A stretch of 64,000 bases of DNA, taken from a virus (taxonomy: Duplodnaviria; Caudoviricetes). A program made the position numbers and the translations under genes. The DNA lies in the IMG/VR virus record IMGVR_UViG_3300043391_000675, positions 26,006 through 90,005 of that record. The stretch is one strand, 5' to 3'. Below the pieces are notes generated by a model. The model made no database searches. It was not told the DNA's origin and saw only the letters and a program-made list of their open reading frames with translations. This document shows, piece by piece, positions 37,701 through 46,062 of this stretch. Numbering within the stretch: the first letter of the stretch is position 1; each line of letters opens with the position of its first letter.

Positions 37701-40150
37701 TTAAGTGCAAGTATTCTTGCCTTTGCTTGCTCAACAGTTATCTCTGCGCTTCTCATTTGCTGTACTATTAATGCAGATTGCTCAGCTGCGCTATTTGCAA
37801 ACCTTTGTGTTATAGGAAGTATGTCATCGAAGGTGTCTAGTAATTCTCTGCTTACTGTTCCGCCCATTGCAATTGTTTTCTTAAGCATTGCAACTTCTTG
37901 TTCTGTTTGCATACCAAGCGTGGCCATTAATGCGTGGAATTTTGCTGCTTCCCCTGAAACAATTCCTGTAGATATATTCTTTACGCTTGTTAGTCCTTCA
38001 ACATTTGGAAGCCTATCATGCATATACATCTGAGGAGTTCTTGATATTCCTCTGTTAACTGGGATAGCTCCTGGTACCCCACCAAATATTGTTGCAGGAT
38101 TATTTGGATCTCTTGGTCTAATGTGAGACATTGCTCTAGTGTTAGCATCTCCAACATATGGATCGTTCGGATCTACGACTCTTCTTCCAGCAGCCATAAC
38201 TGTGCGGCCATCAACAGTGCTAATTCCTCCATTAACTGGAACTGCACTCTTCATAGATGCTGTCTGAAGGCTTTGATAATCTAAAACAAGTTTTTGTAAT
38301 GCATTGTGAAGAACTTGAGCTGCTGCAGCATCTGAATAAAATGCATTTTCAACCATTTCAGCAGCTTTTTGAGCGGCAATAATTTCTGGCGTGAGCATCT
38401 TCCAGCCATTTGCTTTCATAAAGAATGCTCTTAGCTGAACAACACCCTTAGTAATATAGCCAAAGAAGTTTGCAAGCAAACCAGTTAACATAATAAGCGG
38501 TCCAACGATTGCAGTAAATCCAGCTAAAAATGTAAGTGCTTTTTTAATTGGTGCTGGAAGCCTTGTAAAGAAATCTAATATTTTTGATCCTGCTTCAATA
38601 AGCTTAGTAGCAACTCCAAGGAACTCCTCGCCAACATCTGCTAGCTCTGCTTTAAGTCCTTCAATTGCTCTTTTGTATTTACCAGAGGCAGATTCTGTAA
38701 CCATTTTTAATTCTCGGCTAGCTACATCTGCTAATTCTCCAGTTGTTGCTTTCATTAAATTTAAAACTTGAAGCGTCTGGCTTCCTTCTTTTCCTAAGTT
38801 ATTAAGCAATGCGCTCATTCTTGCAAACTGGAACTTTCCAAACATCTGCTCCATCGCTCTTGCTTTGCTCAATGGATCAAGTGCATCTAATGCTTTTTGC
38901 AAATCCATAAGTAGACCAGTTGTATCTCCAGTATTTTTTGCTACCATACCCATTACATCGATACCAAAATCTGACATCATTCCTACAGTTTGTTTTGTTG
39001 GGTTAATAAGAGATGCAAGACCAGACTTTAAGGCGTTGGCGCCTTCTGATGCGCTGATTCCACCCTCTCTCATTGCAGTTAAATAAAGAGCTAAATCTTG
39101 AACGCTACCACCAAGCTGTTGAACTACTGGTCCAGCTTTTGGAATTGCTTCCACAAGGTCGTTAAGAGTTGTTGATGTCTGGTTTTCAACTGCGTTAAGA
39201 AAGTTAATAGACTCCGTTAGCTCTTCAGTATTTTGTTTAAAAGCTGTTTGAATTGATAGTGTTGCTTTCATTGCATCTTGTCTGTCAACTTCACCAAGGA
39301 TTGCTAGTCTTGTTGTTTCTGCAATTGAGCCTAGCAACTCATTGCCAGTTTGTCCTGTAGCCGCAATATCTGCACCAAGTGCAATTGTATCTTTAAAAGA
39401 TGCACCCATTGTTTTGGATAATGTTTTTGCAGTCTGAATAACTTCTTCTCTAATTGCTTTTAAGTCTGCAGCAGATGTGGCAGCTAATCCACCATAAACC
39501 TTTGTTAATCTTACTAGCTCTGTATCTGCTTCTCTAAATGCTTTGCTTGCTGCCGCTCCAAACATCGTAATAGGAACTGTAAGACCTACTGTAAGCTGTC
39601 TACCTGCCCACTGAGTATTCTTACCAAAGTTAATTAAAGAGCCTGCTCCTTCGGACAATGCACGATTCATAATCTGCATTTCCATTCGAGCTAACTTTCC
39701 TTTATTTGCTATTGCATCCAGACCTCTAGGAATCATAACGTTGTACTGCATTAAGCCCTGAGCATTTCTGCCTAGCGGTTGCAGTACTGAATTTTGAAGC
39801 ATTACCTGTTCTTTGGCAAGCTCTCTGATCATACCCTTTTGGGTAGTAGCGTGTTCTCTAAATGTTGAGAAGTAGTTCTTAAGCTTTAATCTACCAGCGT
39901 CTAAGTTTTTACCAAACTTGTCTACATCTGAATTAAGGTTTACGAAGTGGCTAGAGAACTGTCCGCTGCTAGTTAATGTATCTCTAAATAAATTATTTGC
40001 TAATTTTGTTGAAGAAGAAATTGCTTTGTTTGAAGCAAGTAACTCTCTTTGCAGTTGCTGAAGACTAGCACTAGCCCTGTGTACTTCAGACACAAGGCTA
40101 GACAAGTCGGCTTTGGCGACTATACTGGTTACAATTTGTTCGTCAGCCAC
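31754..40150 (-). CDS. Tape measure protein with embedded cargo domains
   Basis: 2798 aa, Ala/Gly-rich helical; N-terminal TMP domain (FREADTELVRLTKVYG); C-terminal GPGSATSDSIPAMLSNGEYVI; follows tail chaperones. Confidence 0.93.
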   Translation of the reverse strand: MADEQIVTSIVAKADLSSLVSEVHRASASLQQLQRELLASNKAISSSTKLANNLFRDTLTSSGQFSSHFVNLNSDVDKFGKNLDAGRLKLKNYFSTFREHATTQKGMIRELAKEQVMLQNSVLQPLGRNAQGLMQYNVMIPRGLDAIANKGKLARMEMQIMNRALSEGAGSLINFGKNTQWAGRQLTVGLTVPITMFGAAASKAFREADTELVRLTKVYGGLAATSAADLKAIREEVIQTAKTLSKTMGASFKDTIALGADIAATGQTGNELLGSIAETTRLAILGEVDRQDAMKATLSIQTAFKQNTEELTESINFLNAVENQTSTTLNDLVEAIPKAGPVVQQLGGSVQDLALYLTAMREGGISASEGANALKSGLASLINPTKQTVGMMSDFGIDVMGMVAKNTGDTTGLLMDLQKALDALDPLSKARAMEQMFGKFQFARMSALLNNLGKEGSQTLQVLNLMKATTGELADVASRELKMVTESASGKYKRAIEGLKAELADVGEEFLGVATKLIEAGSKILDFFTRLPAPIKKALTFLAGFTAIVGPLIMLTGLLANFFGYITKGVVQLRAFFMKANGWKMLTPEIIAAQKAAEMVENAFYSDAAAAQVLHNALQKLVLDYQSLQTASMKSAVPVNGGISTVDGRTVMAAGRRVVDPNDPYVGDANTRAMSHIRPRDPNNPATIFGGVPGAIPVNRGISRTPQMYMHDRLPNVEGLTSVKNISTGIVSGEAAKFHALMATLGMQTEQEVAMLKKTIAMGGTVSRELLDTFDDILPITQRFANSAAEQSALIVQQMRSAEITVEQAKARILALNAQIEADMGSAVSMYAASKGRSIDLTKAPMMNQPVVDANGQFTLRDLYKKKANAAVMEEFGRVRGVRTFGAPYSIQATRIPKFADGGGIEEFGPSRTTVSGPSSINYDDRLGSVPVGGYVLNQGASLDPENAPLVAMASATYENGGKITAALTPQETVFGPKIQRMPELYAAVDAANNGYSFGGQIMRGTYGYGRESNLSIWARLVNSKDYPKVIRAATVASDAAILSQLTGMDIKDATKRVSADYDSATEHAKKAANKNGTRKTEEFVKARTAQLIRLSKEFPGANLILDEYSSKNKYDQSAKAARMKAIAPQTYTGAMKSVIDDLIKEGVLTTAQAKKVFGILGGVSDGPDPVSKSHTMTAKRSASIFKPGELQALLVEEGMSRAEAAKFADVTGVRSNNFVGQSTGLAKSFNEMGNWLQQSTDGVFLDEVSPFQDEAKSNFIAGIKKLKAKLGITGPTTMKEIIRQLTLTRMKSASGFNSKMITTLGGRLFAMGNSYARPKLGALAGSFNMGGMIPGGSISKGRSNYGNVSPLLKLLPAEKQLKILAKARELSSRSSLGKFADTPVTEYGHQISASTGMSYPVPGVSGLYKVGKKKVFVKGVPNELTAVHEPIGTQISRDLFGISSPVQTARTVVNPLDPSKKSKLLALESDYDPRFANTNVPWEEDTIIRQLANSLLMNNKDLSRSNVYGNFNPDVGNAGVFKAASGNTSLAKADEMNSMEKQAMINLLAVKGGARKDFARDTAPIIAKMSPKKYGRKMKKVLEDARPKLVKIINDLPVDLRPPYQAMLKRLDDGIEVDWSKYHSVHSNPTYLNDGGPVGGGPVKKGRSAYGAKKGAQRPGNPAARAAWEAKRREQAERDAAAERSRASSRQITGQQALTSGLGRQAVRTGTTSFYNPGQVMVNNMMDPFKNSAAMKAQYLSAAFSSVSSSVIKGSIRLNLELLAAANKVGNGYKKSSEMIVNFGKSAQSSITKFANRAQNAIIREQNAFAARNYPVGQAPAQGLFGPGMIGQYRDAGDGVQTRKVGTLGMRKTEYLVNGNSMTAAQAKKEGIRVPQRAGGMGMGAQMGIGMAGSMGGMALMNQEKVGSMSGMQAGMGLMIGSSLLSMPIPYARMFGSIKTGAASAKAGITGVTGATAKLAAMGAQVLRFAKAFGLVGAAITAAGLAFKVYKDYQDAKQDASMGLSMTAKAAEQAGIKYFNLKETMQGYLDKQKLVSAAAKGSANNSIGIPGIPQSIEDMKKAKEEGKGLKDLIESINRSGSTEETQRLLNNQKAQMVAGGMSIEEANKKIYGALANSKKASQAYKVLADVQFGSIVDKSSAAEFAVGNLVNTLNSGAGTADWGKEVGNGFEGLINVFSNATSALVGTKDELGNVIDEYEAYQLVMSKSEANNPKMNEEIGRNAYENLQKTQPLLASITNSSDTIKGILAKWKLFTSGINIDLSKIDSTLANKLAGFTSAIGTGISDLTKAADSATTYGQTGAALAKLQKTINANSAASQRAAAASQRSAQEELKAIAKKIKLIEEEKNKKLESLRATQDASNYALELQKLQIEYADAVARGDMATAARARIDIDQLTSNRQSELASKAIEDAANKAKAPLEKDAESIQNKSDKKALALQGQQDNAALAGEINTTITGFQTRYNDLSTRAISSRLLPEKEKAAEQAKITAELIALVKEIQKSGSGSGLSAKTVRDAFGGYFDPKTGKPIAVTAPTGSPTGFDAKGKPVFSTGISGGALDVFQKDLAAVEKLATSITGGVTLAKLRADLLVALGKAPGTPPKGTVEFGPDKAQTGTGKTVFDGFKSAYSKGQGTMVSINDQTWYKFKYNGQTYVSDNNGVDIRPWDEKTKTMGKRIKKAYGGYISGPGSATSDSIPAMLSNGEYVISAKAVQAAGVPMLDNINKMASGGMVSYNVPKMSSGGRVKFNEGGLASSSSSLYNINVSLSGTNLTADDVAASIHKEMRLREMAAGVNRKVGRP

Positions 40151-40530
40151 TAATTACTCCTAGAGTATCCTAACCCTGCGCCAATTCCAAATCCAGCTTG
40201 CGCTGCAAGAGGTCCTTGTAATCCAACAACATCATCTGCTGATGCTGTAATTCCAAGAGCTCTTCTTTGGATATCTTCAAAGGTAGAACCTTTTTGTTTT
40301 TCTTCTTCTGCCTCATCATCTAATTGGATTCCTTTTAGTGATGCTGCAAACTTTCTCTGGTTATGTTCTTTTTTATTGATTGCAGTGATGGTCTGAATCA
40401 ATTCTGGCATTGATAAATTTTCTTCTAACTCCTCGTAATTCTTCCAATGTCCTAAAAGAAAAACTTGGCCTTCTAAAGCGGCTAAATCTAGTTCTGACCA
40501 GCCAGTACCGCTGCCGCTATTAGGTTTGGG
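40150..40530 (-). CDS. Tail assembly chaperone, -1 frame extension (gpGT-like)
   Basis: -1 frame open from the slippery site (PKPNSGSGTGWSELDLAALEGQVFLLGHWKNYEELEENLSMPEL...) to TAA at 40150. Confidence 0.8.
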   Translation of the reverse strand, partial: PKPNSGSGTGWSELDLAALEGQVFLLGHWKNYEELEENLSMPELIQTITAINKKEHNQRKFAASLKGIQLDDEAEEEKQKGSTFEDIQRRALGITASADDVVGLQGPLAAQAGFGIGAGLGYSRSN

Positions 40531-40820
40531 TCGTCCATCTTAATTCCTCCGCAAACTTCAAGGATTCTGTTAATTGTTGGAACATCCAATGCATCTTCGA
40601 GCTTGTCAAGATCGGCAACTAGATCTGGCAGTTGAGTTTCTAATGCTACTCCACACGCTTCAACCAAAATGCCAAGTGTTGCAGTCTCGTCTTCTGCGTC
40701 TTGTACTTTTTTAATTACTTCCATAAACTTTCGTAGCTGCTTGATTGATAATGGCTTGAGCTTTACTTTAGCTCCGCTTTGTAGTTCAATCTCTTCTACA
40801 TCATATACTGTACTTGCCAA
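40488..40820 (-). CDS. Tail assembly chaperone (gpG-like)
   Basis: 110 aa between major tail and tape measure; RBS AAGGAGG. Confidence 0.85.
   Translation of the reverse strand: MASTVYDVEEIELQSGAKVKLKPLSIKQLRKFMEVIKKVQDAEDETATLGILVEACGVALETQLPDLVADLDKLEDALDVPTINRILEVCGGIKMDDPNLIAAAVLAGQN
40524..40530 (-). other. -1 programmed ribosomal frameshift heptamer C CCA AAC
   Basis: X XXY YYZ in the correct frame (gaC CCA AAC), lying after the last -1-frame stop. Confidence 0.8.
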
Positions 40821-40880
40821 TTTATCCTCCTTAAGGATCGTCTAAATTATTATAGCATAACCGTTATAAGGGTACAACAC

Positions 40881-40906
40881 AAAAGCCTCCAGAAATGGAG
40901 GCTTTT
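40881..40906 (-). terminator. Intrinsic terminator after major tail gene
   Basis: AAAAGCCTCC-ATTTCT-GGAGGCTTTT. Confidence 0.8.
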
Positions 40907-40925
40907 GTTTTAATTATTTATATAA

Positions 40926-41687
40926 TTAAACTGCTAGAACACGGTCAATAATCTTTCCATATTCTGAACCAACGTGAGCTGCGTCACCTGATGGTAGAAG
41001 ACGGAATGTTACTGGGAATGTTGTTGCTGCTGTACGAGCCAAAGAGAACTGTGACTGCTCAACAGACAAAACACGACGTGCATAATATACACGCTCAGTT
41101 GCTGATGCCTCTGATGTTGGAGCCTGTCCAACTGCAATTAGCTGACGCTCTGTTGGAGCTGCACCAAGTGCACCTGCTTCCAAACCTAGTGTGTCAACTG
41201 CGGTTGCGCCAGTTCCTGTTGATGTAAGTGTATCGGCTTTTTGACCAAATACTGCAAGAACGTTCTCTAGAGTACCTTCTGCCATTTCTGTTGAAATTTG
41301 AACCTGCATAGCAGACTTGAACAGTTTAGCTGTATCTAGCAACTGGTCAACAGTTACTGAATCGTATGTTGGTTGGTAGCTGATCTGAAGACCGTTATTT
41401 GTAAAACCAACGTTACGGTAAGCTCCACCAATTGCTGGTGATGCCTCTGTAGGTGATGCTGTTTGAGTAGCACCTGTTGTTGTTAAAACTTTGTTTAGTG
41501 TTGTAGTATAAGACTCTCCTGATGAGAATGCTGGTACAAAACGATTCTTTGATGCAACGAAAGCATTTGCTGCGCCTGCGTCCATGCTTGAATCATAACC
41601 AGAAACTGTTGAATCTTCTACTGACAAAAATAGTGGTGATGCGCCAACAAGAATATTCTTAGCGTCACCTGTATTTTGATATGCCAT
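40926..41687 (-). CDS. Major tail protein
   Basis: KNILVGASPLF, YRNVGFTNNGLQISYQPT, VDQLLD; flanked by promoter and terminator; likely start 41687 after AGGAGG. Confidence 0.88.
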   Translation of the reverse strand: MAYQNTGDAKNILVGASPLFLSVEDSTVSGYDSSMDAGAANAFVASKNRFVPAFSSGESYTTTLNKVLTTTGATQTASPTEASPAIGGAYRNVGFTNNGLQISYQPTYDSVTVDQLLDTAKLFKSAMQVQISTEMAEGTLENVLAVFGQKADTLTSTGTGATAVDTLGLEAGALGAAPTERQLIAVGQAPTSEASATERVYYARRVLSVEQSQFSLARTAATTFPVTFRLLPSGDAAHVGSEYGKIIDRVLAV

Positions 41688-41760
41688 AATTGTATTGCCT
41701 CCTGATTTCATGAAATTGATATATATATATTTGGCTGGCTAGGCCCTTTCCTCTGTTCTA

Positions 41761-41791
41761 ATTTTACTCTACTAAGGTATAAAAGGCAAAT
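41761..41791 (-). promoter_or_regulatory. Putative late promoter for major tail gene
   Basis: ATTTGCCTTTT; TTGCCT-17 nt-TAAAAT. Confidence 0.55.
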
Positions 41792-42300
41792 CAGGCAAAT
41801 CTTCCTTGGCCATTGGTTATTCTTGAATACTTTACCTCTAATATTACATCTGCTGCATAGAAGCCTTGTATCTCTTCTGATGGAGCTGTAGATGATATGT
41901 CTGCTATATGGATGCTATGGAACTTGAATTTATCTGATAGCCCCGCCCATTTATTTACATCCTTGGCAGACTCATCCATTCTTCTAAACTCATCAGTTAG
42001 GAAGTTTCTTATTTCAACAATATCAAGGAGATCTGGTGAATATAGGGTTAATAGGATTTGTTCGCAGCATATCATCCAGTTGTTCTCATAAGACATACCT
42101 ATCTTATCGTAGACTATGTGCTTCTTACCGCTCAAGAATTGATTCATTTCTGGCTGTTGCTGAACTGGGACAATTGGGACAAGGGTCTCATTCAGATTGT
42201 CTGAATAATAGTCTTCTTGATTAAATATATCAAGTGCTGTAAGTCTGCTCCATAGAAACTTTCTTATTTCAAACATCGCATCTAATTTATAATTAGCCAT
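41791..42300 (-). CDS. Tail terminator/completion protein
   Basis: Position before major tail gene; size and beta-rich pattern. Confidence 0.6.
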   Translation of the reverse strand: MANYKLDAMFEIRKFLWSRLTALDIFNQEDYYSDNLNETLVPIVPVQQQPEMNQFLSGKKHIVYDKIGMSYENNWMICCEQILLTLYSPDLLDIVEIRNFLTDEFRRMDESAKDVNKWAGLSDKFKFHSIHIADISSTAPSEEIQGFYAADVILEVKYSRITNGQGRFA

Positions 42301-43084
42301 GTGCTAACCTCGCAAACGCTGCTGATGTTGCAGCCTCAGCTTCATTTGCCAATTGATTTGGCGAGAAGCTATATTTAACTGATTTAACTTGTGCTGGAAC
42401 ACCTAATGCTCTAGATAATGAGGAGTTAAAAAGCTTTTGGAATCCCGATTTTTTAATAGACATGTTGACTAGCTGTCCAGTAAAGAAGTATCTGTATGCA
42501 GAAAAGAAAGAGTTCTTGGTTGCCGCTCCGCCTGGCTTTCTAACGGTAACAGATTCTCCCTTTGGCATAAACACAGTATATCCATCAACTTCAAATACCA
42601 ATCTTTCTGAAAATCTTGGAGCAATAACTACTGTTTTGCCCTGCTCCATTATCTCAGCTTTTTTAACAAAGACATGTTTATTGTTAGAGTTTTCAGATGG
42701 TACGAAAGATTTAGAATCTATTAATTCATAATTAACTTTTAGGGATAGCCCATCTGCTGGAAGCTTTTTTAATTTAAATAATCTAGCCTCATCCTGACCA
42801 GCTCTGCCCCATTCATAAACATGATGAAAAGACTTTGGAGAGGTTCTTGCTTTTGCATCAACATAGTCTCCAAAATCAACCTGAAGTTGATCAAAGATTA
42901 CGCTTCTAAATGCTGATTGAAATTGAGAGTTAGATGCAAGCTTAGCCATGACATTTGTCTTATAAAATAAAGCTGCAGATATTTGAGCAACAGTACTGTC
43001 TTTTATTGCACCGCTCATTGGCTTATTAGACATTAAGTTAACTAATCCGCTTGCTGCTTTAATTGCTAAAATTTCAGACGCCAA
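42293..43084 (-). CDS. Neck/tail completion protein (likely TTG start 43084)
   Basis: Position in head-tail connector cluster. Confidence 0.6.
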   Translation of the reverse strand: MASEILAIKAASGLVNLMSNKPMSGAIKDSTVAQISAALFYKTNVMAKLASNSQFQSAFRSVIFDQLQVDFGDYVDAKARTSPKSFHHVYEWGRAGQDEARLFKLKKLPADGLSLKVNYELIDSKSFVPSENSNNKHVFVKKAEIMEQGKTVVIAPRFSERLVFEVDGYTVFMPKGESVTVRKPGGAATKNSFFSAYRYFFTGQLVNMSIKKSGFQKLFNSSLSRALGVPAQVKSVKYSFSPNQLANEAEAATSAAFARLAHG

Positions 43085-43499
43085 TTTGCTGATTCTCCGC
43101 TCTTTGTAGTGATGAGTTATATCCAACTACATTTCCAAATGGATCTGCTATTGGAGTTGTTCCTATCACATCAAATACAGTATCTGTATCACTTGGGTAA
43201 TTTAATTCATACCAGATTGCGTTGCCATTGGCATCAATAATGTTTTTAATTTTATCTCTGGCAGTTAGTCTATCAGATGTTCTTACTTCTATATATTGGT
43301 TATTTGAATACTTGTTTGAAAACTTTTGGTTATCATTAGACCTATTTCGGCTTTCTGTAATAACTCCTCTGGCATAACAATCTATTGTTTTTATATAAGA
43401 GAATTCTCTAACCATGGCACCAGTATTTGGATCCTGCCGTTCTGATTGACGGTAGACATCCATTTTCATGGTCATTAAACCATCAACCACGTCAAACAT
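43074..43499 (-). CDS. Head closure (stopper) protein
   Basis: MKMDVYRQSERQDPNTGAMVREF...; position after adaptor. Confidence 0.65.
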   Translation of the reverse strand: MFDVVDGLMTMKMDVYRQSERQDPNTGAMVREFSYIKTIDCYARGVITESRNRSNDNQKFSNKYSNNQYIEVRTSDRLTARDKIKNIIDANGNAIWYELNYPSDTDTVFDVIGTTPIADPFGNVVGYNSSLQRAENQQIGV

Positions 43500-44482
43500 T
43501 ACACCAGTACCATTTGTGTTATGACATAGTCTGCTAGAAGTTTATCTGCGTAAGAAGATCCTGTTCCGCTGAAAGCTTCAGAAGAATACTCAAAGTCCCA
43601 GTCTGTTGTAGATATCTTTTTAACATATCTGTCTCGCCATACACGGTCTTTGGCAAAGTACATCTTCATTAGCTCTACAGTTGCGTCACGTACTTCATTT
43701 GGAACATGATCCCAGCCAAATCGTGCATATACTGTGTAGTGCTTTGATCTTCTAAATATATTTGGTGATGCATCATTAATTGAAGGAGGCACCATTCCAT
43801 TTGCAATATATACATCATTATCAAGATACGAAGCCTGATTTACTTTTATTCCAAATCCGCTAACAGTATTTTCAACAACTAATCCTAGGTTATTTACATT
43901 GTTTATTTTGTCCACTAATAGCTGATCATTAGCATATAGAGTGTGTAGACGATTAACTTTCTTTGTTAATGGCAGAGTGTCTGAGTCATTTCCTATTGAA
44001 TAATAATGATCATCGTGCAGGTAAAACTTTTGTCCAGTATGTCCTTCAATTATATTTCTAGCATATCTTTCCGCCAACTTTAGCTCTTGGTAAGTTTTAT
44101 GATTTGGATCGTTTGCATCTGATCCAAGCCCCATCTCTTGTGCTGCTTCTTGTATATCAACATAAGGTGCAACAACATCAAGGTAGGTTGTGTTGGAATA
44201 CGATACAGAGTCATACTGCCAGTCCCAGACTAGCTTAAACTTTCTAGTTCTTGCTGTGTGCTGTGCTGGAAGGTAAACATTAAATGAACCCAAGTCGACT
44301 TCATTTGCTTCTGCTGTGACGGTAGCAACGATTGATGAAGGGCTAATCTGTGGAGAGATAAGTGGATCGCCAGTTATGTCGTAAAATTTTACAACTACTG
44401 AGGAGCTAGGCGTGATAGCCTCACCTTTTACGTAAAGCTTTGTTGTTGCTGCTGAGCTTGTGTTTTGGTATATCTCTGCCAT
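43499..44482 (-). CDS. Head-tail adaptor protein
   Basis: AERYARNIIEGHTGQKF...YARFGWDHVPNEVRDATVEL. Confidence 0.75.
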   Translation of the reverse strand: MAEIYQNTSSAATTKLYVKGEAITPSSSVVVKFYDITGDPLISPQISPSSIVATVTAEANEVDLGSFNVYLPAQHTARTRKFKLVWDWQYDSVSYSNTTYLDVVAPYVDIQEAAQEMGLGSDANDPNHKTYQELKLAERYARNIIEGHTGQKFYLHDDHYYSIGNDSDTLPLTKKVNRLHTLYANDQLLVDKINNVNNLGLVVENTVSGFGIKVNQASYLDNDVYIANGMVPPSINDASPNIFRRSKHYTVYARFGWDHVPNEVRDATVELMKMYFAKDRVWRDRYVKKISTTDWDFEYSSEAFSGTGSSYADKLLADYVITQMVLV

Positions 44483-44491
44483 GTGTTAGGC

Positions 44492-44890
44492 TTAGTTGTA
44501 GTACTCCTGTACTTCTCTAGGTGTAGCCAATCTAAACCCTTCCTCCTTATCAAAAATTTCTTGAGCCAATTCTGGCTTCATTGCTACAAATGGATGCTCT
44601 ATTGTAAAAGTAAATCCAAGTGCGTCGTATCTGTAGTTTGGTCTATCCATCTTTACAAGAACCATATCTTCATCAAGCTTCTGATTTGGATCTAGTCTAG
44701 GAAGAATTTCATCTGCGTCTTCTTTTGCGTTCTCTATGTTTTTAAGTGTACCTTGGTAGACTGACCAGGTTACTCCTTCTTCTGTTAGGGCTGCAATAAC
44801 ATCTGCTTTATTTTTTAGGCCATCCACGTCAACTGCGAAGTCCGCTGCTAATGTTTTTAGTTCTTTGACCTTTAGTGTGTCAAATGACAT
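44492..44890 (-). CDS. Protein with Rho-N/HeH-like N-terminal domain
   Basis: FDTLKVKELKTLAADFAVDVDGLKNKADVIAAL; RBS AAGGAG; likely start 44890. Confidence 0.65.
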   Translation of the reverse strand: MSFDTLKVKELKTLAADFAVDVDGLKNKADVIAALTEEGVTWSVYQGTLKNIENAKEDADEILPRLDPNQKLDEDMVLVKMDRPNYRYDALGFTFTIEHPFVAMKPELAQEIFDKEEGFRLATPREVQEYYN

Positions 44891-44946
44891 ATATATACTC
44901 CTTTGGTATGTATACAAATTATAGCACTATAAAATTAAAATGAAAA

Positions 44947-44968
44947 GCCCCTAAAATTAATTAGGGGC
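44947..44968 (-). terminator. Intrinsic terminator after major capsid gene
   Basis: GCCCCTAA-TTAATT-TTAGGGGC followed by TTTTCATTTT on the minus strand. Confidence 0.8.
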
Positions 44969-44993
44969 CTTTCGGTAGTTATTTCTTATTTAA

Positions 44994-46043
44994 TTAAGAA
45001 GCAACCTTAACGTCTTTAACGACTACCCATGCGTCTGCCTGCTCAATTTGGGTACCCACGCGAGTATACATTGTATATTCGATTGAGTCCTTCTTTGGCC
45101 AGAAGAAGCGGTAAACAGTTACATCGCGCTTGATACCAATAACAACGTTATTTGGGAATGTCAAGTGGACGTCTCCGTGCTCTCCTGTTGGTGTTGCATA
45201 TGATCCTACCTGAGTTTCCTTAAGTAGTGGAACTTCAACAATTGGAATACCAAATGCGAATGGTGCAACATATCCTGCTGGACCACCTAGACCACCCTGG
45301 TCTCCACGGATAATGCTTGAAGCAATATCTTGTGGGTTAATGTTCTGGATGTTCTGTGAAGTTGAATACAAGTAATCTTGTATAAGGTTTGAGCCTGCAA
45401 GGAAGCGTAGGTCTGGACGACGCTGCTTGTACTTACGTGGCATTGCCTTTAGAGCCTTGTTGAAGATGTCACGAGATACTCCTGCACCCGCTCCAGCTAC
45501 TACACGACCATTTGTCTTTGCAATCTTGACAATACCGTCGAATGCCTTATAAAGGTTATCTCCAGATAGTGCTGTGTTACCGTTAAGGACTACGTCCTCT
45601 AGGTCGTTACCAGCCTGTGTTGCCATAAGTCTTGCAATGTGATCTTCTAGATCTGCACCTTCAATGTTGTCTTCTAGAGACTCAGTTGAAAGCTCCCAAT
45701 CTAGGCGAAGTTTCTTTGTTGTGAGAGAAATCTTTGAGAACTGTACGGCTGCATTTGAGCCAGTGTTCTCTGCTTCAGATGCAAGCTTCATAAGCTTTTC
45801 TCCGACGCCGATACGATCAATCTCTGTAGTGTCAGCTCTCATTCGAACTGTACGTGCTACTTTACCGATTACTGTTGCATCGAACATGTAATCAAGGAAT
45901 CTTGCGGATTGCTCAGGATTGAGCAAGCCTCCCTTACCCTCGGAACCTACGTGAATTCCGTCGGTAGGGTTTGCTGCGCCAGTCATTCCACCTGTTAGTG
46001 TTGTGCCTGCTTCAGCTGCTTTTGCTAATAGTTCATTACTCAT
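44994..46043 (-). CDS. Major capsid protein (HK97 fold)
   Basis: GGLLNPEQSARFLDY, LTTKKLRLDWELSTESLEDNIEG, NVVIGIKRDVTV. Confidence 0.92.
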   Translation of the reverse strand: MSNELLAKAAEAGTTLTGGMTGAANPTDGIHVGSEGKGGLLNPEQSARFLDYMFDATVIGKVARTVRMRADTTEIDRIGVGEKLMKLASEAENTGSNAAVQFSKISLTTKKLRLDWELSTESLEDNIEGADLEDHIARLMATQAGNDLEDVVLNGNTALSGDNLYKAFDGIVKIAKTNGRVVAGAGAGVSRDIFNKALKAMPRKYKQRRPDLRFLAGSNLIQDYLYSTSQNIQNINPQDIASSIIRGDQGGLGGPAGYVAPFAFGIPIVEVPLLKETQVGSYATPTGEHGDVHLTFPNNVVIGIKRDVTVYRFFWPKKDSIEYTMYTRVGTQIEQADAWVVVKDVKVAS

Positions 46044-46062
46044 TAGTTTTTCACCTTACCCT

